A DNA stretch of 63,435 nt, counting the filler, from Intoshia linei (lineage: Eukaryota; Animalia; Orthonectida): the NCBI GenBank assembly GCA_001642005.1. It is 9 parts of 9 records of this genome, joined end to end, with 100 filler letters (N's around TTAATTAATTAA, not from the genome) between each part and the next. Parts side by side here need not be neighbours in the genome. Positions count along the whole stretch, not along the records: positions 13,576 to 30,162 come from LWCA01000851.1; positions 30,263 to 36,845 come from LWCA01001657.1; positions 36,946 to 48,868 come from LWCA01001130.1; 6 more parts are not named here. The stretch is one strand, 5' to 3'. Numbering within the stretch: the stretch's first letter is position 1; each line of letters starts with the position of its first letter. This document shows positions 25,733 to 40,382 of the stretch, one piece after another. The notes beneath the pieces are model-generated. The model did no database searches. It was not told the DNA's origin and was given only the letters and a program-made list of their open reading frames with translations. The position numbers and the translations under genes were made by a program.

Positions 25733-28700
25733 ATGAACAATATTACAATATTAACAATTATTACCTACATATTTTATTTTTTACAATTCGTTCAATCAAA
25801 TAGGCTTTATGGTAATAGCTTTATATATTTTAAATTTACTGTATTTTGTATTTGATGGACTTTGCAGACTCTAATATAATATCTTGGTTCAATTTTTTTA
25901 ATATTTGAATTGAACTATTTTTGTAATAATATTGCGCCATTTTTAATATTTTCATTACAGGAAACATTTTATAATTTCACACTTCAATTTGAAGTCTTCA
26001 ACTATAATTGAAGTTCAATATGGCTCAAACGATTATAATCATTATTACTGTAGTACATTTAATGTTTAAATTCAATATTAGATTCTTTTTGTTGTTTCAT
26101 TTATATCATATATTATTTTTATGTTAATTTGTGATTTAAATAGCCAATTATCAATGTACATTGGAATATGCAAAAGATTATGAAGTGGAATGGATCTTAC
26201 CAAATGAACCGGAAATTTCTTACATAAAATGGATAGATATTAACATAAAGATTTCAAATAATAATATTTCTGATATATTCTTGTATGATAATAATCAATG
26301 CTCTTATTTGAATGGATTTATATCATCAAAAGACAATTATAATTATAAAGTTCGATTATACACCAATAAAAAAAAAATGTGCTCAATTAGTATTTTGGAA
26401 AACAAAGTAATTTTTTTATCAATTTTTTGTATCAAATTATAATTTACAAAAATATCAATAAAAAATATTCTTTTAATTTATTATAAATTTTATAACAAAA
26501 ATTTCATTTTTATTAGCTTATATTACAGACTTAAAGTCATCATTTTTTCTTCAGTTGTTAGTTTTTACAAATTTGTAGATTATGTAAATTTAGAAAAGGT
26601 TGAATGAAATTCCGATATACATTGTAAGATATAAAGGCTTTATTGTGGAGTCTGATCAAATACTACTTATTCAATGTGACAGTGAAAACCAAAACAAGTT
26701 ATCTATTACAACATCTGTCAGGTAGTTTAATTTACAATTGTATTTGTTTTTATAGAGAAATTAATTAATAATTATAATTAATTGAATCGTTCTACTTTGT
26801 AATTATTATAAATGAATGCTTGATGTGTTCGTTTGCAGTTTTAGATTTTTAAGTTAGATTTTCAAGTTATTTTCAACGTGAATTTATTTTTTTGGTTGAA
26901 TAAAAATGTACCCTCGGCAGAGCTAGGTGCTGTTTGTACGTAGTACATAACAGTCAACCTAGTTATTTAAAAAGTTTCAATCTCGTAATGTTTTTTTCAG
27001 TGTTACAACAATACAGTTAAGATTTTTTAGCTTAACTGACATATTCCTGAAATCTTCGTAATTAACATTATGATAATTATATCTTTCATAAAATGAATCT
27101 TTTTATTACAGAAATCGATTTACAGTTTAAATTTTCTGTTATCTCGTATTTTAATAATTATAATTATCCTGAACTCACCGAAATTCATGTTAGCTTTAAA
27201 AGAGCCACAATTCCCAGCTTGAAAACCACTGCAGGATAGCTCTGATTTGATAATGTAATATTGGTGTTGGTGTTCTGTCTGAAAATAAAACCCACTCATG
27301 TTTGTTTTGTTTGATTTTCAGAGAAAATATTATGAATTATTATTTTAGTGTTTACAATAAAATAAAGAATTCTTTAAAACTTAAATTACCAGAAAAACCT
27401 TTAATAAACCTGGACATTATAAACACGAATGGACATAAAAATACGGCACACTTTGATCTAAAAACATCAATTAAACTAGTAGTTTCAGTAGTTGATCCTG
27501 GAAATGGTATATTTGCATTAAAGATATTTTTAGTTTATGATCAATTACATTCAGTCATTTTTAGAGAATTTAGCGAAATATAAACAACAAAAAAATGTTT
27601 GTTTTTGTTTAAAACTTTAAAAAATTAATACATCTAATATATTAAAAATACATTTTATCATTGGCGTATATGTAAATGTACAAAATTAGGAACAGATTAA
27701 AAATTACACATTTTATTTTGAAAAATTTTTATAATTAAAAAATATCCTTAACTATTAAAAAAACTGCGAAAGCGATGTGAAAATAGAAAATCTTTATAAT
27801 GTATTTTAATTTTGATTTTAATTAGTTACAAGTTTAATTTAGTAATATTTTCATTGCATGTGAGGAAATGCAGTTTAAATTCTGTAGACGACTCAGACGT
27901 TTTTGTTGATCTCATAAATAAAAACGGGTAATACATTATTAATTTGAATAGTTAAATAAATTTTAATTTATACAAGATACCTTTTACTTTTACTTTTACT
28001 TTTAAGAATTTTTTAAATTTTTCTCAAATTTTCTAAAAAATCAAAAAAATAGGTTTTACATATACAATTTATGTAACTTTGTGTATATCAGGGATTCTCA
28101 CACTTTTTTCACGGAGGACTGGTAATACATTATAAAATTTATGGCGGATCATAAAATCGAAATTACTAGGAAACATTAAAAAAATTTTAATAAAAATCGT
28201 AATAAATTGACTTTTATTTACTTATTAATTAATTGATTTATCTAGTAAAATGATTTCGCGGACCGGCAAAAAATTTTCACATTTGTTTATATAAAAATTG
28301 ACAAATTAACAGTGTTACACTTTATTTGTATTTGTAATGCTGAACGTTGAGAGTCAGCAGTAGACAGTTAGATGACATTATAGGTCCATATCAATTTATT
28401 TCAAAAATTGAACCTCTATATGTTGTTTAATCCAAGAATGGGCAACATACTGTCCGCGAATTGATTTAATCCAGTCCGCATACTTTTTTTTTAATATTGT
28501 CTATATTTATAGATTTTATTTTTTTCATTTTTAAAATTCAAACGAGTCCTAGAATTATAAACAAATCTCAATCTAATAAAGATTTTAAAATCATCAACAT
28601 TATGATTAATTTCAATTTTAAAATCTTATATCTTCATGGTCAAAATCCCAAAGTACCCTTTTTTGTAAAAATGAAAAAAAGTCCTAGAATTTTATACAAC

Positions 28701-29827
28701 ATAAATTGTGGGGTAGGTTTTAACAGCATAAACATTATCATAAATCGCAAACCCAAAAAAGATAATTTTCACGATCAAAACTCCATATTATCCTTTTTTT
28801 AAAAATGAAATAGTTCTAGAATATTAAATTGTAACTGTAAGAAAAGACATATATTATAATTTGTTCAAAGTCGCAATATCCGAATTTTAGGATGTTCCGA
28901 TTATGCAGAACTGACTGTATTAATTTATATTCAAATTAATTCTTCTATAAAGATGCTCATTGAAAGAAAACGCCATTGGCGATTTTCACATATCTAAAGA
29001 TGGACTCAGTGCCTATACAAAATTATTCCCAGCTTACCGTATATTTGGAACAAATGAATATGAACTTAAATGCAAGATTGATTTATGCCATTACATTAAT
29101 ATGGACAATTGTCCAAAAGTAATTTAATATTTAGTCATTAACATAAATGTAAATTAATCTGTCAAATTTAATTTTTTTAATAGCCTGGAGAATCAAATTG
29201 CTTAATGAATTCAAATATTTTTAAAAAAAAGTTGAACTCTAGAGAAAATTCATTACGAAGATTTATTAAAAATTCTTCATTTTTTCGTAATTCCACCCCT
29301 CATTTAAGAAGAGAAGATGTAATGTACTCTAAAAAACCAAATAGTGTTCAAGTTATTTCTACCAGTACAAAAATTCGATTTTGTCGAGACAATGATTGCT
29401 TTCTTACAATTTTAGGTACTTTTTCAAGTCACAATATGATATGCAATGCGCATTGCGCAACATACATGTAAGACTTACATTGTAAGTATTAAGCTTTGAG
29501 TCTTTGGTAGAGCAAAACTAATTAACTGATGAAACTCACCAGAAAATTCACCATGCACCCTGTATCTTTTTTATTGTTTTGTAAAAGAAAAATGGTTGGG
29601 AAAGTGACTTCCTTTGAAAATATCTATGTCGTGAATCCTGACTAACTTATTTTATTTTAATTTTAGATAAAAAAAGAAATTACAACAATACAAGAACATT
29701 TATTGCATCATTTTATAAAAGATTTCAAATACTATTAATCATTATTTTAATATTTGTATTAATAACATCATTTTTTATGGTCATAGTTCCTTTGGTTGTT
29801 TCGTATACATGGAACACAGAAAAATAA
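25733..29827 (+). CDS. ZP-domain (cuticlin-like) type I membrane protein, multi-exon
   Basis: Signal-like MNNITILTIITYIFYFLQFVQS. ZP-C-like LINKNG|CSLKENAIGDFHISKDGLSAYTKLFPAYRIFGTNEYELKCKIDLCHYINMDNCP, then a dibasic LRR region and a C-terminal TM (ILLIIILIFVLITSFFMVIVPLVV). Internal exons not all resolved. Confidence 0.7.
26800..26962 (+). mobile_element. Helitron-like 3' terminus
   Basis: CCCTCGGCAGAGCTAGGTGCTGTTTGTACGTAGTACATAACAGTCAACCTAG|T has a subterminal hairpin and a CTAG end before T. Reverse copies at about 22549, 45110, 62797 and 62890. Confidence 0.7.
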
Positions 29828-30689
29828 TTCATTTTGTTTATATTAAGAATCAAATTAAATTTAATATTATACTTATACATCATAGAATCATTGTTTTTGT
29901 TATATCAACTAAAGTTCGTAATTTTTCAGGTATTAGTGAAATATTGTGTACTAATATAGTATAAAAACTACGATTTTACAATTATGATATCATATCTTTT
30001 ATCAATAAAAATGTAATGTTGGTTTATTTATTTTTATATTATCAAATGTATCCAACACTTACATAAAAGTGAATGTATTATACATTATGTATATTGTACA
30101 ATGTACAATAGGGTGTCCACTTTTTTAAAGATCAAAAAGTATATTTGCCTATAGATGTATTTNNNNNNNNNNNNNNNNNNNNNNNNNNNNNNNNNNNNNN
30201 NNNNNNTTAATTAATTAANNNNNNNNNNNNNNNNNNNNNNNNNNNNNNNNNNNNNNNNNNNNAATACTTAGATCTCAATCTTTGAATAATTCAATCGGCA
30301 TTTTATAATAATTATTAAAAATTAATTTAATTTTTAGAATTGTTACCTATTCAAAAAAGGCGAAGATTTTATTTATGTAATTACAATGCTAAAAGAACAT
30401 TTCAAATATGCGTTTCATGTAATCAGCATATTTCCAAAGATCATGCAAATAATATTTGTAAAAAATGTTCTGAAAACCACGCCTATTAAAATAATTAAAT
30501 CGTATAACAAAATGTTTTATTGCTTCGTGTCACATTTTTCATTCATAAAAATCGACCATTTTTTGGCATCTGCGAGCGTTTACGTTATAAAAAAGCGCGA
30601 GCACTAACGGGTTAATCAGTATTTATTTTTAAAATTCTAATCCAATAATCCTTCTACAAAACCGTAAACCATATTCATATTTTGCATAC

Positions 30690-30985
30690 TAATTTTAGAT
30701 TAGGATTAGAATTTTAAAATACATTTTTTGATGAAATAGTATTGCGTATACCCATTAAAAAATAATATATCATATCATTCCAATTATCATGTGTATCATT
30801 GCACAGTATTCGGTGTTTTTCACGTATAACCTATTAAATATTTCTAATAATCCATTTTCATTATGGCAATAAGGCTTTGAATGTAATTTATTTATATTAA
30901 AAGTTGAACAATATTTTAAAAAAATCTCTCCTTCAAACTGTTTAGCCGCATCAAAATTAAAAGAAGTTAGTGGTCTAAATCCTAA
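30690..30985 (-). pseudogene. Retroelement (Gypsy-like) integrase core remnant
   Basis: FDAAKQFEGEIFLKYCSTFNINKLHSKPYCHNENGLLEIFNR...WNDMIYYFLMGIRNT fits the rve pattern D-G-QF...PYHP-NG-ER. Confidence 0.7.
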
Positions 30986-31425
30986 CTTATATAATTATTT
31001 ATATAATAAATAATAAAATTCTCATTTTCAAAACATTTTAAATTTAAACTACAACAACGAAACTAAAAGTAATACAACTTTGTTAATATCATTTTTATAT
31101 TTATTACAATCCTTTGCAATATTGGTAAAATTCGACTGAAATATGTTTATGGATTATATTGTAAGATTTTTAAGTTAGATTTTCAACGTGAATATATTTT
31201 TTAAGTATAATAAAAATGTGCCCTCGGCAGAGCTAGGTGCTTTTTATAGTTTGGTAAAATAAATTTTGAAGATGATTATTACTGGTTTTTGTTCAATTAT
31301 AATAAATGCTGTTACTGTTATTTAAAATTAAAATAAAATCACGCGACCCTACGATTAAGAAATCCGGTTAAAATACTTCCAGTTTTCATTTTTGCTAAAC
31401 GCCGTTACTATATGTTATAATTTGT

Positions 31426-34400
31426 TTAATTAAGAATGTTTTTCAAATTTTTCATAGCCAGCAAAATTTTTTCTTCTTTAAAAGGCATAGCAGCTATTTG
31501 AACACTGAGTGGAAAGCCTTCCGCCTGTTTACATATCTAAATATACTAATATTAAAACTTTCATAGAATAATTAATAAAGCGTACAATGTACCTACTTAA
31601 GTAATTTGTAACTTAAGTAACTTTAGTATTGCATATTACACGTAAAAAACAAAACTTGACACATTTTATAAATACAGATAAAAATATTAGTATAAATTAA
31701 TCAATACCGTTTTCAATTTATTTAAATATTTTTGATTGCTTTGGAAATTTTGAATATCATTCATATCCTGAGATGTCAAACTTGAATAAGGAAATACTCC
31801 AGATGGAAAATCAGCAAGATTAAAATACATTGTAGGCCAACATGCTCCTATGAAAATAATTAGAAAATGTACAAACCCTCCATACGACCGTGTAATGATA
31901 AAGATAATTGATTTAATCCAGGTCTGTAGGCCCATAATAAATTTTTAAATGGTAACAGTAAATACGAAAGATTTTATTAAATATAGGGCCATTTCTACCT
32001 TCACATATGACTTCATAGGTGGAATAATAAATCACGAAATTTTGATCAAAATAGTAAAGGTTTTGTAAAGATACCATTTTTACCCAAATCTATTTATTTA
32101 TCTGAATAAAATGTATATCAATTAGGTCAAATAAGTTATCTTTTAAAGTCCATTTTTGAAGCAGTATAAAAAAAACGTTTTTTAGACAAGGAAATATCCT
32201 CGTTACATAAAATCACCATATTTAAATTAATTAAATACTGTAGAAATATTGATACCATGAATTTTTCCAATCAATTTAGAATCAAATGCAGGACAAGTAA
32301 AAGCTGGAAAAAGTACAATATCGAAATTGTGTTTTATCCATGATTTTTTAATTTCATCTCTAGCTACTAAAATATTTTTATACACATTTTTCCATTGATC
32401 GTAGGATCTAGATTCCAGAATAACTATAGAAATAATATGATAGTTTCATCAAGCGTTATTTCATTTAAATTCAAATGTGATTAAAAAATTGATTGATCAA
32501 AATACTAACATGTAAAGTAAATTATAAAATTTCACTGCAAAAAATACATAATATTAAATATACTACCGCAAAATACGCAAAGTATGTTCAACGTGTCAGA
32601 TAATTACCTAATTCCTGTAATATATTTGTACAAGGTTTTTTCAAATCCACACTATATTTTAATAAGTTAAATTAAATTTTAAAATAAAATAACCTCAACA
32701 AAATAAGACCAAAACGGTAAAATTCGTTTGATTACATCTGGAAAGTGAAAAATCTTGATATATTTTGCTATTGATTTATCAACCAAATCTTTTTTTCTGA
32801 AATAAAATTTACTTTCAAAAAATAGTAATGTATAATAATAATATATTAATTAATAATTTATTACAAAATGGAACTCATTGTATTTCCAGATTCAGATAAA
32901 ATGACTTCAAAAAAATAGTCATTAGCACATTCTACCAGTAACGGTGGGTTCCATTCTTCAACCTAAATCCTTACTTATATATAATATGCTTTGTTTGGGT
33001 GTGTGTTATCGTTTATTTCAATAACTATCCGTCTTAGATTTTATTAAAGTCCACATTTCTATTACATTTTTTTCTGGGTGTTAGTAAGATAAATTTCAAC
33101 CTCCAAAACTAACATCTTACGGGTCAAAAAACCCAATTATCCTTTATTTGAAAATCAAACCAATTTGAGAATTTAAAAAAATATACACTCTAATACGAAT
33201 TTTAAAATCATAAATATTATCTTAAATTTAAGTTTAAAAAAAATATATTTTCAGGACCAAAACCACAAATTACCCTTTTTTTTAATGAAAACTGCCCTAG
33301 AATATAAAAAATTTTCAATGTGAGTCGAAATAAGTGACGCTTTCATGATGAAAAAAGCACTTTAGTATTCATATATTTTTTTTCCGATTTAAGCGTTAAA
33401 AGTACCTCAAATCCTAAATTTTCAAAATGTTTAGCGCATTCAGCAACGACTCGTTTCATTGGTGGTAATACTTGGCAGACACCACTTCCAGTAAAAAATC
33501 CAACTTTTAATTTTTTCGTAGAATTAAATATCTAAATTAACATTACTATAGTGAAAATAATTACTAGAGGTGTATTATTAAATCAGAGTACATATGTTAT
33601 GTATCGGTAAAAACATTCCCTAAAACTTAATTATATTATGTCAAAAAACAGGCAAGACTGAACTGCCCCATTTAAAATGTTGCTTATAATAATATGCACG
33701 TAAAAAGACGGCAGAGAATGTTTTTAAAATACTATCCTTTAAATTCACAAATTTTTTTTTACATTTTCATTAAATGGAATAGGTGGAATTGACGAGTCGC
33801 AATTAAACATTCGTTCGGATGTGAGAGCCTTGGTTGAAAGAATTAATCCATCTAAATCTGAACTCATTGGTCCTTTGACTGTTCTAACTATATTAATATG
33901 ATTATAATCATAAATTGATAAAGTACTTAAATCTTGTTTGGTATGATTGTTTCTTATACCAGAATAACTAAATAATTTGTTAGCAATAAAATATTGATGA
34001 ACCAAAAAAAAGTATCATCAAACGCATTCACCTTCATTCAAAAAAACACAATTAATTCAATTTTATAAAATGAATTGTCTAAATTAATAAAAATTAGAAA
34101 TTCAAATGATTTTTTCACTTTTGAAAGATTCAACTACATTACAATGCATTGTAGATAACATCATTTTTGTGGAAAAATTAAGACATACTTTCTCTGGAAC
34201 GGCATACATTTGAGCGATGTATTATAGGAGTGATACATCTTAGTGAGACATAATCATCGATTTTACGAATTTATCATATCATTGATTTTTCCACGAAATT
34301 TTAGTGGGTTTCTTTATTCATATTTATGTATTATTTTTATCATCTTATGTTCATAATTTTTGACCAAATTTTGTAGGTTTTGAAGGGAACATTTTTTTCA

Positions 34401-37199
34401 CCAAATTTTTAAAGAATTTGAAGATTACAAAAAATGTTAAAAATATTCCCTACAAAATTTGGTCAAAAATTATATATAAGATGATAAAAATAATATAATT
34501 AAATTCTAATAAACTTATAAACACTACAAAATTTTGGGACAAAAATTGCCTTTAAAATCTTTAAAAATTGGGTTAAGAAATAATATTCCCTTTAAAACCC
34601 TACAAAATTTTGGTCATTTTCATTGAAGAAACCACAAAAATATTGTCAAAAAATAAATATTATGATTAGTTAACAAAATCAATGAGTATGTCGCTCTAAC
34701 AGAGCCGTCTTAAGTCACTTCGTGGACCTTGGCTAAAAAAAGGACTGGAGGTCCTGTTAAGATTTAGGTGCCCTGTTTAAAAGACAGGGCATACTGTTGA
34801 TTGGAGACTTAGAGTCTTATTTCATTGAGTATTAATAAAAGCATTAAAAGATATTATGTAGATTTCTAGTAACTTTTATTTCTTTCACAAAAACCAAAAT
34901 TACTGTACTTACATTACTTACTTTTTCATTTAAAAATATGCACCATGCAGTCACAAAAAATTTTTGACAATTCTTCACAAATGTTGTTTTCTCACTTTTT
35001 TCTGAGAGAAATCAGATATGATATTATCAAAACTGATATCATTCTCAATTGACATTAAGAAGAACACATTCAAACGAGGTTGAGCTAAGCAATTTCGAAG
35101 TTCATTCTTAATTATTTTGAGTTCAGAAAAAGTTCTTTCACCTTTGTAATTTGCAACCATCATTGAAAGAAACATTCTCTTGCAGATTTCAATATGAGGA
35201 AATAGTGATTCCAATTTATCAGCTTTTATAACTTTATACATAACAAAAATGTTATTGCTTGTTTTTTCCCAATCAAAATAATGTTTAAATTGTTGACATT
35301 CTATTGCAAAATTATTTTTTTCCAAATTTACTATAAGCTGCTGTAAGATTATCACATGAAGTATTGAACTCATCATTCGACATCACATTTAACATTTCAC
35401 AGAACTTTGATTCTTTAAACTATTTTCTTTCTAGCTATTTGAATTACCACACTTCAAAACTTATAAACTGTTTTTTAAAATATAAATGTGAAGTATTTTT
35501 TAATAAATTGGGCCCTCTTTTTAAGATATAAATGTAAAGTACTTTTATTAATTTGGGGCCTTTTTAATGAGTGGCCCTGGGCTACAGCCCATATTGCCCA
35601 TGCCTTAAAACGGCTCTGCGCTCTAACAATACATCGATCAAATGAATGTTCGCAAAATTACAAATACAAATATTGTAAGGTTCCAAGTACAAATTTTCAT
35701 TTTTTAACATGTAAAATTTAATTGTAAAAAATTTTGAAAATTAATTTTAATTAAACTTTTAGCCTAGATTTATAATTATGTTTCGATCGCATAAGCTGAG
35801 GTACGGAACTTAAATTTTAAATTCCAATTATAATCAAGTGAAAATATACCTCCATCGTGAAGACGTTGGTTTCAAACCATATAAACCACACATTGAAGAA
35901 GGAATGCGAATAGATCCACCCATGTCGGATCCAAAACCTACATACAAGTATTACAACTTAAAAAGTTTAAAATTTAAATAATTCACATAAAATGTTGAGT
36001 TATAAAAGGTATATGAAATAATACAGTATGTTTTCATAACGCCCATTACTCAAATCTGAGTAGTATAGATTTTATCGCAAATTTTGAGTACTCATATATT
36101 TTACTTTATGTAAATGTATCGAGGCCCAGTTGGGAAACTCAGTTTATTCGAACAAAACAAAATATATTTTTTAATCCTTTGCTTTTGCGAAATCTTAAAA
36201 ATAAGAGCAATAAAACTCTCCAATTTTATCGCAAATATCCATTCAAATTTAATTTAATTTAAAAATTTAGTCACATCTCAGATTCTCAACTAAAATTAAA
36301 TTTAGTAGTCTAATGAGTTAAAACAAATTTTTATACCATGTACAATAGGGTGGACACAATTTTCATAGTAAATTTTTTTTACATTTTCTGATAGGCCTTT
36401 CGATAATTTTGTTCATTTTATGAATACACACATGCCAAATTTTACATAAAAAAAATAACATCATAGATATGCTCAATGACGTGCAAAGCTAAAAAATTGG
36501 ACTGAATGGTCATATATTTGTTCACTAATTTTCTCTGATGGGCCATTATCTAATTTTATCCTTCTGATTCATACGTATGTCTATGCAAAATTTTCGGAAG
36601 CAATATCAATTTTAATGTAGTGCTCAAATTGAGCTTTATTAATTTAAATTATAAAGTTTTTTTTTGAAATGCACGTATTAACAAGATCCGCGGATTATAT
36701 TTGGATAATAGGCAATGTGATGGAAGATTTTTGTAAATATAACTTCCCATCATTACGGGACGTATTGAAGGTTTATTTTTATCATTATTTTGAAAAAAGG
36801 AATATGGGGTTTCCCAAGTTTTGAATATAACTGTGATGAAAGTGTNNNNNNNNNNNNNNNNNNNNNNNNNNNNNNNNNNNNNNNNNNNNTTAATTAATTA
36901 ANNNNNNNNNNNNNNNNNNNNNNNNNNNNNNNNNNNNNNNNNNNNATTTAGAGGGTTTTTTGTTTCTTCGTTAATGTAGAGCGGACTTGTTACCTTAATT
37001 AAAATATAATTTAATTCTTAGAAATGTGTAATAATACCATATTCATTTTTCCAATATTCTTGGATTTTCCAACTATTATATTTCCGATCGAAAGCTTTTT
37101 AAATACAAATGCTATTAACATTGACATAATCAAGAGTAAAATCACTATTCCAATTATTATTCCTACGATGTAACTAGCTGGTAGCGTTTCGGATGACAT
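31426..37199 (-). CDS. FAAH: Fatty-acid amide hydrolase-like amidase, multi-exon, interrupted by a gap
   Basis: Amidase signature [25 protein letters not shown], plus [22 protein letters not shown] and [24 protein letters not shown]. The TM exon 37011..37199 beyond the gap is assigned as the N-terminal anchor by inference only. Confidence 0.85.
32968..33390 (+). mobile_element. Helitron-like repeat, 5' portion, in FAAH intron
   Basis: Starts A|TCCTTACTTATATA. Same family at about 7330-7625, 18340-18770, 28520-28830, 30980-31245, 41100-41930, 47276-47880, 54575-56250, 57200-57375 and 58080. Confidence 0.7.
34240..34699. mobile_element. Foldback/MULE-like element with long inverted arms
   Basis: Termini TTAGTGAGACATAATCATCGATTTT / AAAATCAATGAGTATGTCGCTCTAA and inner arms at about 34330-34378 / 34449-34495. 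Flanks TGATACATC / CAATACATC (after removing the hAT) resemble a 9-bp TSD. Confidence 0.55.
34700..35618 (-). mobile_element. hAT deletion derivative with dimerisation-domain ORF (34975..35376)
   Basis: TIR CAGAGCCGT/ACGGCTCTG, perfect TSD CGCTCTAA, and [37 protein letters not shown]. Confidence 0.92.
36346..36845 (+). mobile_element. Possible hATm-like transposon 5' fragment
   Basis: TAGGGTG terminus and [29 protein letters not shown], similar to the LPSxxxVLxxFFY N-terminal motif. Truncated by a gap. Confidence 0.4.
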
Positions 37200-39790
37200 T
37201 TCTAATTTTAATATTACATATTAGTACAATTGGTATGGTTATATTAACAATTAGTCATTTCCTTAATATTTATTAACATACATACATATATACATGTATT
37301 AATAATACTAATTTATATACTAAAAATTAGTTATTAAATTTCGATAGTTTACTTTTTTGAGCACATTAATTTACATTAGATTTTCAATTGACATTCATAT
37401 AATAAATTATATTCTAAAAGTGTGGTCATTTTTGTACAATTTTATTGAGAAAAATCGGTTTTTCAAGATTATTTTTTAGGCAAATATACACCATTTAGAA
37501 ATTTATAATTATATTTAAATAAAAAATAGCTTACAATGCTTTTCAGTCAATATTAAAAAGGGATTATAGGTTAATTTATTTCAATATAAATTTTTTTATG
37601 ATAAATGTCAATTGAAAATATTAATATTGATTTTATCATTTTTAAATATAGAAATGTTATACTTGTTTTAATACTTGATATTGTTTCTAAAATTATTTTT
37701 TTATCCAGTATATTTCGATAAAATTACCATTTATTGTTATGTTTTTCTTTATGTCTAAAATGTAAACATGAATTTTAAATATATTGTCTAATACAGTGTT
37801 TTTTAATTTTTTATTGCAGACCGAAAAGCTCCAGAAGAATGTTTATGAAAAATTTTAATAAAATTAATTAATAAATTCAACTTTATAAAAAAACTAGGAT
37901 TTATTAACTTTTCGGTTACGTTTTTATCAGCATAAATGTAATACAATTACATGTATTATAAATTACAATTAAATATTATTAATTAAGTACATTGTATATT
38001 ATAATGTATAATATATTCATTATTGATTATAATTATAAAATAAATGAATGTACTAAATATGTATTATAATACATACATGTATAATTATACATTATATTGT
38101 AATTGTAATACCTGTAGTATTTTGTTTCACAATCTCATCATTAATTATTTTAACTTCTAAAAAGATTAGAAAATTAAGAGAAAATAAAATGTAGTTAATA
38201 TTAGTACTATCACAAATCAATTTTTAAAATACCTGTACCTGGAATAAAATGACTTGAAGTATATTATTTTAGTAATTCAAATTTACTAGGGCTTAAAATC
38301 CATTGTTTAAAGTTCAAACAATGACTGAAGGTTTAGGAATTGAAATTTTTATGAAAAAAATAGAAATAGAATAATATAAAAATTCTAACATAAAAACCGT
38401 CAAAATCTGATTCAATAATTGTTTATGGTTATAATTAAACAATAACAGTTATGTTATAATTAATACATAATGGATATGGAATATCCATTATGACTATATT
38501 TCTAATTGGTATCACTTAGAATAAAACTTTTTACGAAATTCCAAAGTTTAGACCAACTTTTAATATCGCATATATCATAGTTTTTTAACCGGATGCTAGA
38601 AAAACTAAGCCAATTAAATTTAGCTCAAATATTTAATTGGTCAACTTTTTTCTCCCGTAAATTTTATATGCATAAATTTGAATATTGAATAACATAGTGA
38701 ATAACACGTACTACATATTTGTGTATTTGTATATATTTGGCCTATTTTATATTAAATTTAGAATATTTAAATGTATAATAATTATGTACTTCAATATAAA
38801 TTTACCAATTGAATTTCTTTTGAATACTAATCAAAATAAATTAATTTTACTTAATTTGTTAAGACTAATTAAAATAATTTATAAACTGAGAGTAAAAATT
38901 GGGTTAGTCAAAATAAATTATTTTTAAATTTTATGGAAAAGTGTATTTATCTTTTAGAGGTTATAAAATGGTAATTTTTAGTGGCGACGAAATAAATGCT
39001 TATTATGATTACTAAATGTATTATGGATTGAGTTGTAAAATGAATTCATCTTTTATAAAATATAGGGCAGAGGTTCTCTACCTTTTTAAAGGGTAAATTT
39101 CCCCATTATGAACTTATGTATACATGGTTATATATTATATATATATATATTTTTAGGCCACATATTTTTAGTATTATATGTAAAAAAATTTGTGTGAATC
39201 CTTTAAGTTTTATACTAAAGTTTATATTATGAATGTAAATTTTATTAATACATTAATTTATGTAGATTTAAAATATGTGACCTATAAATAAGATTATACT
39301 CTAATAATAATTATATATTTCAATATAAATTTACGTTTTCTTCTTATGACTAATCAAAGTAAATTAATTCAATTATTAAATTAATAAAAAATGTAAATAA
39401 ATATTTTATATACCAAATTCTAAATTTTTGGTTGAAAAATACAAGTGATAATTATAACTATATAATTAGATATTTTAAGCATTCTAATGAAATTCGAAAT
39501 TACTGTCTAAATTTATCATCATAATAAAATTTTATAGAATTTAATACATTTAAGTAAATCTGGTAATATTTTTTTCAAAGATTTTAACAGGTTTGTACAA
39601 AAAAATTTTTTGAATTTTAAAAATTCATTCTTTTAATGCTTTAAAGCATTGTTTTTTAAACAATGCCGTGTTTGTATCAAAAATTTAATAATTGTTCTAA
39701 TTACCCCAAAAAGACATTGGAAATTATGTTATTAATCTGAAGGTAGAAATTGTGATTGTCAAAATAAATTTTATTTTATCCTTTTTTATA

Positions 39791-40382
39791 CAGTTTAAGT
39801 CCTTATTAATAAAAATTTTGTTAGCGGAAATTTCATATTAACGGAATTTTAAATTATTTATTTTTTTTTAACGAATTTGTATGAACCAAAAATTAATTAA
39901 AAAATAATAATTTTATCTCTAAAGCTCTAGAATCTATTTTTAAGAGAATCATAAATATCAACACATTATGGTATTACAATTTTGTAATTACAAGTCAATT
40001 TATTACGTTTTTTATCAAAATTTTAATAGATATTAAATTAGATGGCGTATTTAAATAATGTGTTGTACAAAAACTTATAATAACAAGAATTATGACCATT
40101 TAATGGTTTATATTTAAAAAAATTAAATTTCCTTAACTAGGGTGTTACTATATGAAAATTTCATGTTAACGGAATTGAAAATTCAGTAATTCCGTTAATA
40201 AGGACTTAGACCAGTGCTTTCCAACCATTTTTGATTATATATATTTCAATCTCAAAAAATTTCGCGCCACACCAATCAAAAAAAATAAACGATTGATAAA
40301 TAAACATAGTTGAACCAACTTTTTTCTAATAATAATTTAAAAATAAGCTATGTAAAATTTATCAAAGCACTGACTTAGACTG
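39791..40382. mobile_element. pogo-type MITE with a 161-bp hAT MITE (40212..40372) inserted in its right TIR
   Basis: TA-CAGTTTAAGTCCTTATTAA ... TTAATAAGGACTTAGAC[insert]TG-TA. Insert CAGTGCTTT...AAAGCACTG with perfect TSD ACTTAGAC. Confidence 0.8.

Noticed and set aside
36712-36768. Hairpin resembling a pre-miRNA
   Set aside because: No known mature miRNA was recognised, and it lies within a probable transposase remnant.
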